A stretch of 64,000 bases of DNA from Basidiobolus meristosporus CBS 931.73 (lineage: Eukaryota; Fungi; Basidiobolomycota), in the NCBI GenBank assembly GCA_002104905.1, contig MCFE01000226.1, positions 1 to 64,000 of the forward strand, in the 5' to 3' direction. The notes under the pieces were generated by a model. It made no database searches. It worked only from the letters and a program-made list of their open reading frames with translations, and was not told the origin of the DNA. Each line of letters begins with the position of its first letter. The first letter of the stretch is position 1. A program made the position numbers and the translations under genes. Below, piece by piece: positions 11,701-24,481 of the stretch.

Positions 11701-12533
11701 GAAGTTCTATGAGAGTGTCTATGAAGGTATGATACGCGAGGAACGCTGAAATATCACGTGCGGTATGGCTAAACTATATTCCAAATGTGTGAGTAATTTG
11801 TGAAATGAGCAGTGGACAGGCTATCGCCACCGCATTTTAGACACTGATCATTATTAGTAGATATGCTAGAATGTGTTGACGTTCTGGAGCAGTGCGCACA
11901 TTACAACTCATCTTTGGCAAACTGTCTCACCAGGATATTGCATCCGCCATGCTCGTGCTCCTTGGCGCATGGTGAAGAATGTCTATATTTCCTAAATGAA
12001 GCGTTGGATTTGACCCTCGATGGCTGTGGTGTTGGTATAGCCTCTTCCGAGCTTCACAATTGCTGAGAAGAAAGAGGGTTGTGCACAAGTTACTGCTTAT
12101 AGCCTATGCCATTATTGTAGTTCCAAATTCCTCGCGCTATGATAGAACACTCTAGGTTCACTGACTGTATACTAATGCGTCATGTGTGCACTGTAGGAGC
12201 AGCTACATCCGAATTCAGATAATCCTTCCTTGGACCGTCATTTATCAAGACCAGTATGTAAGATACCCTTAGTTTTGGAATCTTCTATAAGCCGCATGAA
12301 ACCATCATCAACGATGTTATTTATCCGTGGATCACCATTGAGGATCCGTTCATTTCATACTAAGTGGTACTCAACTACCCGAGTTGCCACAATAGTAGAG
12401 CACAATCATCCACTACTAAATCAGGGTGAAATCTCTGCTTGTTCTCATAATTTGTAACGAAACGTGATCGTTGTGTTGGCAAAATGGAACTGCTTTATAA
12501 GCATGGTCGAGTTCCATGTTTCGGTAGAATATC

Positions 12534-13526
12534 ATGCAGCTTCCAACCCTTTTCCTCTCGCTTACCTCGCTGTTCGCAGCAAAGGTGCTCTCGCAGGCAA
12601 TGCACAACCATGCCAGTCTCCCCGATGATGGGAAGAAGTTTATCTCCTTTCAGACTGACGTTAGGTCTGTTCCTGAATTTAGTCCCAACCAAACTTACTG
12701 GGAGGCCATCGGCTGGAACAACGGATATATGGGAATGCAGACATGGGCCGAAAAACGTGTATTCCTCTTCTCTCTCTGGGACAACTCCAAAGGACGAGCA
12801 ACCGTAGTGGAGACATGCAAGGAGTGTGTGACTAGTCGCTTTGGCCACGAGGGCACTGGGTCCCACATGCAGTACTTCTATCCATGGCTTGATGGAGTGG
12901 ATTACGGCTTCCAGATTGATTACGAGGAGGATGGTGATTATTTGATCTACACAGCCCAACTACGTATTGATGACGAATGGATGCTATTTGGTAAACTGCG
13001 GGTTATCAACGACAACCTAAGCAATGGTCTTGGCCGCTTCGACCAATTTCTCGAAAATCCCCAGGGACTCGACAATGGAATGCGCGTGGGCGTTTGGAGT
13101 AAACAAGCCTACAAACATAATGGCGCCAAGTATTGGTACCCCTCGCTCGGTGGCTCAATATCTTATACATATCCTGGTCCCGACGGCACATGGGGTGCAG
13201 GCTTCGCAGATAATAAAACGGCTATCTGGATGTCTATCAACGGCCCGGCTGGCTACGATGGATATAACAACAAACCCATACAATGGCAGTGGTATCCATA
13301 CGATCCCAATAATTTGGGAATAGACATTGTTGTTGCAAATCAAACTGATAGACGTTGTGGCTGGTTTGGAGATGTGATGCGTCAGTGCCAACCTGGCTAC
13401 TGCTGCTCCAGCTATGGCTACTGTGGCACCACTGATGCTTACTGTAAAGGCTCCACTAAACTGGAATATGATGCCCCTGCGACCAACCGCCGGTTCGAAG
13501 TCAAGAAGACCGCAAAGGCACAGTAA
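12534..13526 (+). CDS. Secreted DUF3472-like + CBM18 protein, 330 aa (copy 2)
   Basis: Differs from copy 1 at two residues in the given translations (W>S in the signal peptide; NGS>NGA). TATAAG at ~12496. Confidence 0.8.
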   Translation: MQLPTLFLSLTSLFAAKVLSQAMHNHASLPDDGKKFISFQTDVRSVPEFSPNQTYWEAIGWNNGYMGMQTWAEKRVFLFSLWDNSKGRATVVETCKECVTSRFGHEGTGSHMQYFYPWLDGVDYGFQIDYEEDGDYLIYTAQLRIDDEWMLFGKLRVINDNLSNGLGRFDQFLENPQGLDNGMRVGVWSKQAYKHNGAKYWYPSLGGSISYTYPGPDGTWGAGFADNKTAIWMSINGPAGYDGYNNKPIQWQWYPYDPNNLGIDIVVANQTDRRCGWFGDVMRQCQPGYCCSSYGYCGTTDAYCKGSTKLEYDAPATNRRFEVKKTAKAQ

Positions 13527-16500
13527 TTGTGCCCTTTACATGTTCAGCACTCTCGTATTGCTCGTCACCAAGTGTAATGCGTTTACACCGTTTTTGCGAA
13601 CTACCATCAATAAATTCAGGTATCACGTGTTGCACCGACAATTACGATCAAACTTTTTATGAGCGGCGTTTTAGCCTGTGCTGGTTAGATCACATTTTCT
13701 GTCTGATATTGGCAATTGAAGGCCTGGTCGTTATTTCCATCATTACCAAATATGGGTATTTCAGTTGACTTTCTGGGTTCCGCAGTGTGCCAAATAAATT
13801 TGGAGCCAGCCAATGACCACCGAATATCTGTGTAGATCTGTGTACGATTTCCGGATCGGGTTTTTGATCAACTACTTGGCCCTAAGATGGTATTTGAGAT
13901 TATATCGTGTAGCACTCCCGACTAGCTGGATTTCAGTAGATTGGTCTCAGGGTGCATTGTAGGCAATTTTATGAAAAATATGGCATGCATATGTGGTTAG
14001 TATCTCCTTCGGATGATAAAACGTGCCCATTGAAACGCTTCTCTTTGTAGTTTGACTTGAATATTATCATAAGTTTCCATATATCACCACTCAATTCGGT
14101 AACTGGTTACCATATGTTGCGCGTCGGATATCTCGATTACCGATTGATGGAAATGATAGGCTGGTGGCTTCGATGCCCGCTGACTCAGACTCGGCATCAT
14201 GCCTCTCCTTGAAAATTGAGGTAGTGTAGACAATATCTTTACCCACCTTGAGCATGCATTTTGGTCTGGGCTTCCAGAATCGCCCTTGAAAATTGATTTG
14301 GACAATCTTTACGACAGTAAAACAATATCATGGCAGCTTACAGGATGTGCGTTCGTTGCTTGAGATGGATTATCACCCATATTTCATCATGATTACTGTC
14401 CGAAATAAGTAACAGAGCCACCCCGAACTTTGGCCTGTACTAAGTCATCCAACAGAGATCTTTATTGGTGCTCAAAAGGTTGTAATAGGCCAATTGTAAG
14501 TCTTTCTGGTAATCAAAACGTTCATGGTACAGTGGTTCAATCGTGAATCTATTGAAGAAAATGTATATTCTAGGTAATTGTGGCTGACAATAGATTCTTG
14601 GATTTCATGACAGCTAATATAGGCTTCATATACCTCTGAGCTGAGTCTAAGGTCCATTTCGTCTTCTAAACGAAAGTCAGTGTGGGTGAATGGCTGTATA
14701 GAATTGCCGCTAATGATGATGCTTTACAAGCCATCCAATCAAATCCTGGAGGTTTCGTTTCTTGCTACGGCTACTTCTGCTTGCGGATGACAAGTATATG
14801 TGATCGATTTGTTAATCCATGGACGAATATACAGTAAGAAAATTGGGAAGAGATTTTATTTAACGCCACTTCTAGAGCCCTTTCAATTGCATTACTGAAT
14901 GTTGATTTGTACATATATAGCTCAAATAGGTACTGGTTCAGGTACTTATTTCTTTTAATATATACTTATTAATAGCGCCTGACCGAGTCGCGTCAAAAGG
15001 AATCGAAAGAAATGGAGCACTAAGCCAGGTCCAAGTTAGTAAGCACACCATCGCTATCAAATGAAACATACACTTAGCAGCGTCAGTACTTTGCCGTGTG
15101 CGTACGACAGCTTCCTGTTACTAACTGCTCAATAAAAAACTGAATTAATATGGTAGAAATAAATTCAGTACCGTTTGAGGCATGACTCAAAATCCGGCAA
15201 TGTAGTCGACAAAACAGTAAATCCTTCATAAAATTCAATCCAGAAAACGATTTGGAAGATGAAAGTATCGGTATTTACAACTGCAAATGAGAGGCTATTC
15301 ATCTAAATGTTGATCAACAGATTCTGTTTATCACGCGGCGATCCACCTTGGTAGGTCACCGCCGATGTAGCCAAAAATGACTTTGTTATATGAAATATCA
15401 TTAGCTCCTCTCAATAACCCATTACCTCCTTCAGTTATACCCCCACAGCCACTTAACCCTGTCTTGACTCCTTTTCAGCTTAGTAGTCATTTATATAAGC
15501 TGTCGCAAAAAGATACCTCTCTTTGTTCACTTGTTAAAAAGCTACACATATCGCACTTTGCTTCGTTATTATGAGTTATTGAAATAAAGATTTCACTTTA
15601 TGGTGACTGTCACCCTCCTACCCTCACTAAAGACTTCATCACAATGATGCATTTACGGAGCAGCATAGTACTTGTCATCTGAGCACTTCACATGCTTGTG
15701 GGAGTGATTACTGTATCTAAATAACCGTCTAGAATAGAGTTTCCTCTTAAACAACTTGTCTATGCAGCATTTGAGCTGTGTCTTCCCCCAGTCCAACTAA
15801 CAATGAGAGATAATAAAAAAGCGGTTTTGCTGATTATATTGCAATATCCCATATCTCCCTGAGAAACCACACTTATCAGCAGCACTTGGTGTGTTTAGTT
15901 TTCTCACATATTGTAGCAAAATACTTCGACTTGGGGCAAAGCGTTTTTTATGATTCACTGCAATGGCAGTATGATCATCAAATTCTGGTTGAAATGCTAC
16001 CGCTCCCATCCATTCATGTTGAGCTACTGTTGTTTTATCAAAAGTCACTGACATCTCTGAGCTCGGTATTAGCTACAATCGAGCTGATTTACTTCTAAAA
16101 GCCATCTGAAATTGACTCATACCTTTATGCATTGTTTGAAGAGCTCAGCACCGCAATGATGATGTAAATGCCAATTTCTTGAACCCCATTTGCCCATACA
16201 AGTTCATACAGATTGATCGAGCACTTGGATTAGTAATAAAGATTGTTCGTGATAACTACATTCGCAAACCATATTTATTCTCTATCGGCGAATTTCGTCA
16301 AAAATGGAAGTACATACAAGTATTACGAGCAATGAAAATAGAAGCCAAATTACAATAGACCATTGGCTAGGCGCAGAATATGATGATTCTATGAATAAAA
16401 AAAGACCATCAATTCTCCTCACTGAGGCTATCCATAACATGAAGCTTAGAAGGCAGCGTTCAAGGCTAATGTACAACTCAGATGGTGCATCAATATTCAT

Positions 16501-17073
16501 ATTGTGCGATCTTGTGACACACCAAATAATTTCACACTGGCTGTATTATCCCTCATCCTTGGGCCAATAACAACAGACCTGGTAAGACCAATAAATTTGC
16601 ATCTTACACATCGGGTCAGTTTTGTAGGAGCAAGTAGATACATGACATATATACAAGGATATACCTCACTCGTGCTCTCATTTGATATCTACTTCTTTGA
16701 CTAGCCCCTTTTGGCAAATCTATCTTTTTTCACATGTGTTGCAGTGTTGACCACCACTCCACCAAGTTGGTCGGTAGGAAGCAGCTAGAATGTTGTACTG
16801 ACAAACAACCACTTGCATTACTATATTGAGTAGCGTAATAGAATATTCCACTTTCATGAATACCTCTGCGGCTGCTTGGCGTGGTCAAGATGCTGTTGCC
16901 ACCTAGTGTCTGGTAGGATGAGGTGGAAAAATGATAGCAGGCAAAAATCAGACGGATGGAATTTTCCACTGCGATAAGGCATCAGTCAGACAACGGAGGG
17001 AAGCAGGGGCATCATCGGTATATAATAGATGCTATGCATGTATTTGTGGAGCATCCCAACCCCAAAGATTAAT

Positions 17074-17742
17074 ATGCAACTTCGCTTGACTGCCCTAGCT
17101 GTTTGGACCGTGCTTGCTGCTTCTGCCTTAGCTAAGCCTACCGGGATCACTCTTGACCTCACGGGGAAGATTCCTGCGCTTACTTCCACACCGATTGAGC
17201 AAGAGTACCCTGTTGATGCTCCTTGTAACAACTCCGATGAGGCGCAGAATCTATATGGAGGCTTTCCTGTTTGCAACCCTGCATGGTTCTCCGGGGTGGT
17301 GGCATCAGAGCTGGATGCAAGGTTTTTGATCTGGAGTAGCCCCGCCAACCAAGCAGCCATTGAGGACAACGATGTCAACGAAACTGTTGCCGCAACTGCG
17401 ACAATTTCTTTAGCCAGTGATGCCAGCGGCGTGGATGGCTTCCCCATCACGTATCCTGAGTTTAGGCAGTGCGCAAACATTGACCCCGTTGAGAATAACG
17501 GAGGATTTGTCCTTTACTGGCCTACCGAAGCCATTTATTGCTTTTATAGCGAACCCAACTGTGTCGGAGAACGTGTTTGTATGATCCCACATGGTCCTGG
17601 ATCTCAGTATAACACAATCATCCCTGCCACCGAAAATATGATCAAGAATGGACTTCGCAGTAGTGTGGTGTTACCCATGATGCCAAAAAATGGCTACAAA
17701 GCTCCGTTTACCATGAATCCTTTCGAGAATTATGACTATTAG
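17074..17742 (+). CDS. Secreted Cys-containing protein of unknown function, 222 aa (copy 3)
   Basis: ATG 17074, TATATAA at 17019-17025; about 19 aa differences from copy 1; same protein as copy 4. Confidence 0.8.
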   Translation: MQLRLTALAVWTVLAASALAKPTGITLDLTGKIPALTSTPIEQEYPVDAPCNNSDEAQNLYGGFPVCNPAWFSGVVASELDARFLIWSSPANQAAIEDNDVNETVAATATISLASDASGVDGFPITYPEFRQCANIDPVENNGGFVLYWPTEAIYCFYSEPNCVGERVCMIPHGPGSQYNTIIPATENMIKNGLRSSVVLPMMPKNGYKAPFTMNPFENYDY

Positions 17743-19279
17743 TCATGTAAACACTGCCAATGGATTTCTGGTGCCTGGCTTCTGTCCAGATTGATTGTAT
17801 GAAACGAAGACCACTACGCACAGTGCCTAAGTACATTTTAGTAACTTATGCAAGGATAACCCAAAGAAATATGGCTTTACTTGTTTTGACTAATAAACGA
17901 ACAAAAGTTGCATGGTTATTGTTATATGTACTTCTGACTGCAAAACCCGATACCAGGAATACCAGGCATTTCCGAGGCTACATATGCTGTTGTTTCAAGT
18001 GCAGCCTGTTACAGAGTGTCGTAAGCAGCAGTTTATCCATGCTGATATTTTGGATAATCTGGGAGAGCCAAATGGAATCATGAAAAGCAGTATATACTGA
18101 GTACACCGGAATCACAAATTCCCGCCCCGTTACCTGCATTCTCGTCATTATCACCATTGCCATCCTCTCCGCTTCCAGCACCATCATTACCACTAATACT
18201 ACTGCCATTCCCACTGAACCCTATAAAGACCTCATACGTGGGTAAACGTCTTCTCCCCGTTTTTGTTTATCTGGCGTACTCGGCTGTTACGTAGCATCCA
18301 CACACCTCAATGACGATGCAGATTGGAAGCCTCCCTTAATACCTAAAAAAAGGAATGATCTTGGCATCAATCGATTTTCCTAACCCCATTGCCCATACAA
18401 GTTCATGCAAATCGATCGAGCCACTTGGGATTAGTGATAAAGAATGCTCATGATAACTACATTCTCTAACCGTATTTATTCCTTACCGGGGAATTTCATC
18501 AAAAATGGAAGTACATACAAGTATTAAGGGCGACGAAAATAGAGGCCAAATTACAATAGACCATCGGCTAGGCGCAGGAAATGTTGATTCTAGGTCATGA
18601 TGCATAAAAAAGATTACCCAGTATGGAGTGATAGACCAAATATGGTTAACTTTTAATCTTGGAGGCCACTCACACTCCTTACTGACTGTGTCCAGGGCTA
18701 ATGCGCAAGGATGATACAGTAAAATTCACACCTTCAATTGCCGGATGTTTCGACACTGGCATCACTGGCCGTATTATCGCTCATCCGTAACAAACTTGGA
18801 AAGAACCAGACCATCCACTAAATTTGTAACATGCACTTCGGGCTAAACTATCCGTTTGGTAGGAACAAGTTGATACATGGCTTGTGTTTGATATTGGTTT
18901 CTTTTTCTCGCCCTTTTTGGTAAATCTATCTTTTGTCACATGTGTTGCAGTGTTGACCACCACTCCACCAAGTTGGTCGGTAGGAAGCAGCTAGAATGTT
19001 GTACTGACAAACAACCACTTGCATTACTATATTGAGTAGCGTAATAGAATATTCCACTTTCATGAATACCTCTGCGGCTGCTTGGCGTGGTCAGGATGCT
19101 GTTGCCACCTAGTGTCTGGTAGGATGAGGTGGAAAAATGATAGCAAGCAAAAATCAGACGGATGGAATTTTCCACTGCGATAAGGCATCAGTCGGACAAC
19201 GGAGGGAAGCAGGGGCATCATCGGTATATAATAGATGCTATGCGTGTATTTGTGGAGCATCCCAACCCCAAAGATTAAT

Positions 19280-19948
19280 ATGCAACTTCGCTTGACTGCC
19301 CTAGCTGTTTGGACCGTGCTTGCTGCTTCTGCCTTAGCTAAGCCTACCGGGATCACTCTTGACCTCACGGGGAAGATTCCTGCGCTTACTTCCACACCGA
19401 TTGAGCAAGAGTACCCTGTTGATGCTCCTTGTAACAACTCCGATGAGGCGCAGAATCTATATGGAGGCTTTCCTGTTTGCAACCCTGCATGGTTCTCCGG
19501 GGTGGTGGCATCAGAGCTGGATGCAAGGTTTTTGATCTGGAGTAGCCCCGCCAACCAAGCAGCCATTGAGGACAACGATGTCAACGAAACTGTTGCCGCA
19601 ACTGCGACAATTTCTTTAGCCAGTGATGCCAGCGGCGTGGATGGCTTCCCCATCACGTATCCTGAGTTTAGGCAGTGCGCAAACATTGACCCCGTTGAGA
19701 ATAACGGAGGATTTGTCCTTTACTGGCCTACCGAAGCCATCTATTGCTTTTATAGCGAACCCAACTGTGTCGGAGAACGTGTTTGTATGATCCCACATGG
19801 TCCTGGATCTCAGTATAACACAATCATCCCTGCCACCGAAAATATGATCAAGAATGGACTTCGCAGTAGTGTGGTGTTACCCATGATGCCAAAAAATGGC
19901 TACAAAGCTCCGTTTACCATGAATCCTTTCGAGAATTATGACTATTAG
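19280..19948 (+). CDS. Secreted Cys-containing protein of unknown function, 222 aa (copy 4)
   Basis: ATG 19280, TATATAA at 19225-19231; translation identical to copy 3. Confidence 0.8.
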   Translation: MQLRLTALAVWTVLAASALAKPTGITLDLTGKIPALTSTPIEQEYPVDAPCNNSDEAQNLYGGFPVCNPAWFSGVVASELDARFLIWSSPANQAAIEDNDVNETVAATATISLASDASGVDGFPITYPEFRQCANIDPVENNGGFVLYWPTEAIYCFYSEPNCVGERVCMIPHGPGSQYNTIIPATENMIKNGLRSSVVLPMMPKNGYKAPFTMNPFENYDY

Positions 19949-22841
19949 TCATGTAAACAATGCCGATGGACTTCTGGTGCTTGGCTTCGGTCCACATTGG
20001 TTATATGAAATGAAGACCACTATGCACAGTGCCTAAGTACATTTTAACACCTTATGCAAAGATAACCCAAACAAATATGCCTTTACTTGTTTTGACCAAT
20101 AAACGAACAAAAGTTGCATGGTTATTGTTATATGTACTTCTGACTGCAAAACCCGATACCAGGAATATCAGGCATTTCCGAGGTAACATATGCTGTTGTT
20201 TCAAGTACAGCTTGTTACAGAGTGTTGTAAGCAGTAGTTCATCCATGTGGGCATTTTGAATAATCTGGGAGAGCAAAACTGAACCATGAAAAGCAGTATA
20301 TACTGAGTACACCAGCGCGCGTTGACCTGAAACCTGGAGCCATTATAATGGTAGTTACTTCGCTAGGTTACAAATAATTACATGTTACATTTTAGTTGTA
20401 CTGGCCTCCGCCTTCGTTGACACCACCATTGCCATTACTTCCGTTTCCGTGCCACTACCTCCAGCCCCGTTTCCTGCATCCCTGTCACTACCTTCATTGC
20501 TAGCCCCTCGGTTCCCAGCATCACTATAACCGCTGCTACCGCTGCCGGTATCATAAGCACTAGTACTGTTTCCATCATTATCACTACCGCTATTACCATT
20601 CCCATTATCACCACTGTTGCCGCTATTTCCATTGCCAGCACCGCCGCTTCCAGAATTATGGCCATAAGCATTTCCCCCCGTTTCTGTTACCATCGGCACA
20701 GTTTGCTGCTCCGGATTTTTAAGCAGGTTCTGTTACATGAGAAATGACTATGTATAACCGACTGATAAATGGCTTCAACTATTTTTCCATTATGTATGAT
20801 ACCTGTTGTTTAACTGGTACTAAGTTGGTGTCATAAATAATTAGATGGTAGCTAGAGTGGCATAGAGAAAGCGGTAGAGGGTTGTCAATTTCATAAGGGA
20901 ATTCACCATGTAGTCACCCAGCTTCCCTTCCTCTTGCTTGTTGCAGCAATCTCATATTTGCAAATTCCAGGTATTTCATACTAATGAGCTACATTCTCAG
21001 TAGTTGGGAGCTTGTTATTAGGAGACATTGGCTTTCAGCAAAGAAAACTAGCCATTGACTGAGAAGTAAAGTTACTCAGACTTGAGTGAATGAATTCTGA
21101 CAAGTACACATGCTTCCAACAGTAAAATATTTCAAAGAGCATCATCAATGGCCATTTGTTCAGCAAGGCCAATGCACTATCAAAATTTTATTAACTTGAT
21201 CAAGCACAAGCCATTGGTCAGACCCTTTGTCTATCCAAACAGCAACAGCCCAAATTTATCATCCTGCAGCTGGCAGCTTGTTTACATGCTTCAAGAATAG
21301 GTATTTTAGTAGCAACAGGCTTTAGACAATAAAGTGAGGAGGGGAGTGACACAATATGCTTGTTAGGACAAAGACAAGCTGATAGATAAATATAATGAGA
21401 AATAATTATAAGTTAAGTACTATCAGGGTGCTACACTAAAACAAATACCAATACATTAAGCCACCTTGCTAGCTGACAACCACAATATTGCTATTTGAAA
21501 TTGTGCTTAGGTTAAGCAGATCACTAAATTAGGATCAATGTATTTACCAAGTGACAACCAAGCTATAACAAATTAAATCAAATAGCAGCAACCATTAAAA
21601 AACAAACTGTTTGCCCAGTATTCTCAGCCAGCATAATATATATTCATTGCAAAAGATGTGAGCCAACAGGTTTTATTTTCAAATAATTTAGTGGTTGTCA
21701 GGATATGTCCCAGCTACCACCTGTAGGCATAAATTCAGGCTTGCCTGCCTCTCATGTTTCCAATGCATTGGTAACTGTGGCACCCATCATTGAGCACCTC
21801 AGACATGGGCCTTAGGAATATTTTCAAGCCTGGAGCTCATCAGATTAATTGCTGGTAATCTGCGGGAATTCAATTGGTATTTTGCAAGCATTTGGCAAAT
21901 TTTTTTCCTTCATATTTTAGTTAAAAATCCCAATGGAAGTAGTTGGTGGCTGATTACCACACTTGGTGTGAAAGCTGACTCAACTATGCTACTGCTAGAG
22001 AGCAGGGTGGTACATCTGACAAATACTTAATACCTGGAGTGTTGAGAGCTGAATGCTAGGTGAGAGTTGGTGGTCTCCTCATAGTTGAAAAATACATTGC
22101 CAGTCTTTTCAGTATTTTTTTCTTGCCAAGCTTCACTCACAGAAGAGCGCTTTGGTTAACTCTACATTCCCTGTGCTAAACAGCTATTATGTCAGTTTTT
22201 GCTGATACTTTCAAAATAAGTAACAAATATTCTTACAAAAGGTAACTGGAAAGTTTTCATAAAAAGGTCATCACTAAATCAAAATCCTGGGACTATGAGG
22301 TATTGGCACTAGTAGGACACCATGCCAAAATTGTTGAACAAAAAGTGCACTTCAGATTTTAGAAACAACTTGTTCAAAATTTCTTTTTACAACATTATGT
22401 AGGTGGTATTACACTGGTTCTCATCCCTTTTCTCACTTTCTTATTCCAGATACTGAATCACCTTCTATATCTGTGTACATTAATAAGTTATTACCACTTT
22501 CTTGTTGTATTTATCAAGTTGTTACCTAAATATTCATGCTAACTTTGTCACATGTATCTTATTCCTTGATGGACTTTCTGTCCTGATCAAATTGCATGTT
22601 GGGACTTGGAATATTTTTACCAAATTATCAGGTACTACAATTATGACATTACACAAAGCTGTCCAAAAGACACCAATCTTTGAGCACATATTCCTAGGAC
22701 CATCTTCAGCAAACTTTACACATTTGTTTGCCTTACTTTATTAAAAGTATAAATAACATTCTTTTGATCAATAAATCAACAGTGAATAAAATGTTAAATT
22801 GCTAGCTCTTGACATCACCTCAAACACCCCCCAGAACATGG

Positions 22842-22858
22842 CAACAGGTTATGAGCCC
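22842..22858 (+). mobile_element. LTR 3' end (CAACA) + copia-type primer-binding site GGTTATGAGCCC
   Basis: CAACA immediately followed by GGTTATGAGCCC, which resembles the half-tRNAiMet PBS of copia-type elements; a mutated version is at 26734-26750. Confidence 0.6.
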
Positions 22859-24481
22859 CAAGCTAGCTGCTCTTTTGGTGTCTGTTTTACTTTGGAAATG
22901 CTTCTGCTAGTCCAGAGAAAAATTTCCTGCACTATTGTACTGCCTAAGTCAAAGATGACTACCACAGCAAAAGGGCTATGTTTATAAGGATATTGCTATA
23001 GAGCAGAAGGCCTTGCCTTGATGATACACTCTGGGTAACTACTCCAGTTATTTATGAAGAGGAGTCTATTAAATGGCTTGTAAATGTGACAAGAAATATG
23101 ACATGTTGGTTCTCAGCTACTTCTCTGGAAGATTGTGTAATTTCAGCAATTGAGGAACCCAATCTACAAAGAAAAACATTGATATATATATTCATATGAC
23201 CCCAATTGACTGTTAGACCAGCTCTTTGATAGGGTATTAACCTTAATTGCAAAAAAATATAGAATACTACTGACTGATGGTTGGAGGAAGACTCTACCAA
23301 TATCTGTGGCCACTTTACATCAGGATAAGCATGCACATATTGGAGCTGTTAGCCACTGCTCTGGACTAACCATTAATAGAATAATATTGTGTAAACAACT
23401 AAGGATCCTGCTGACATATAATACACTTATATCTACCCAGAGTATAGACATGTTCTGCACAATTCATTGGATGATTACTATAACTGAATCCAGTGTTTTG
23501 ATACCAAAACCAATGTACCAGGAGCCAAAATATGAGCTGTTTGACATGTTGATACCCTTCTTAAGTATTGAAGCAGTGTGAGAAAGCTTTCACCAATTTA
23601 GCAAAGCCAACTCAATAAAATTCTGTAGCCAGCCAATAAGAGCAAGCAAATGAATGATGATGATAATCTGGATTAGGTGTAAATGACAAATCATTAACTT
23701 GGCCAAATATGGGTCATTATTTTTACCACAAGTAGCATTGGAATGGCAGAAGTAACTGTTCCTGATCCTAATATGGGCACACAGTGAAGTTGTCAAAAGT
23801 TACTAGACTGCTGTATGGAAATAAGAAAACTCCAGATTTGCCATAAATCACAAAACCTTGACCTTACCCAAAGTGGGCCAATTTGCTCAAATAAGATGCA
23901 TTAGATAGTGCAGAGTCTATATATCACTATTGCAATCTGACAAGTAGACTCAGCTCAGTAGTCAAGCTTGTGTACATGCTCAAAGATGATGATCAGTATT
24001 ATTATAAGATTATTCTGGTTTATAGGAATACTATAAAGTGTTGTAAAAGCTTGTAATTAAACTTAAATATTGACTCAACTTAGTCACTTAAGTCATTAAC
24101 TATAAGTGTTAGAGAACACTGGCCAGATTACTTGTTGTGGCTTACTGGAATATTACCACCAACATATAAGGTACCTAGAACATGAGAATTCTCAAAGTTG
24201 TCCCATTAACCCCTAACCTTGCAATCATGTTCTTACAACCTTTCTAAACCTATACTGTGTTACAAAAAGTCTGTAGTTCCACCTAAATACTCACCAAACT
24301 TAATCACATAGACCATTACATTCAAATCCTAGAGAATACAGACCAAAATCCTTGACAGGATTTACTTAGAGTATATTCATTAAAATATCAGATACCCAGA
24401 ACATGAAAATTAGATGAATCTCCCAAGACAGTGAGATATGCTTACTTCAGAGGACTCTGAAACATGGTACAGTCTTAATTA

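Larger units (their letters stand above)
16180..20300. repeat. Tandem duplication (2206-bp period) within right arm
   Basis: ORFs 16730..16969 and 18936..19175 translate identically; genes at 17074 and 19280 are 2206 bp apart and encode identical proteins. Confidence 0.9.
10850..21104 (+). repeat. Right arm of ~20 kb inverted duplication
   Basis: Mirror of 944-10430 with the same gene order in inverted orientation. Boundaries are approximate. Confidence 0.9.

Noticed and set aside
944-21104. Palindrome as a pure sequencing fold-back artefact
   Set aside because: Arms differ by many substitutions, arm-specific indels and a pseudogene in one arm only. Haplotype misjoining still needs read-level exclusion.
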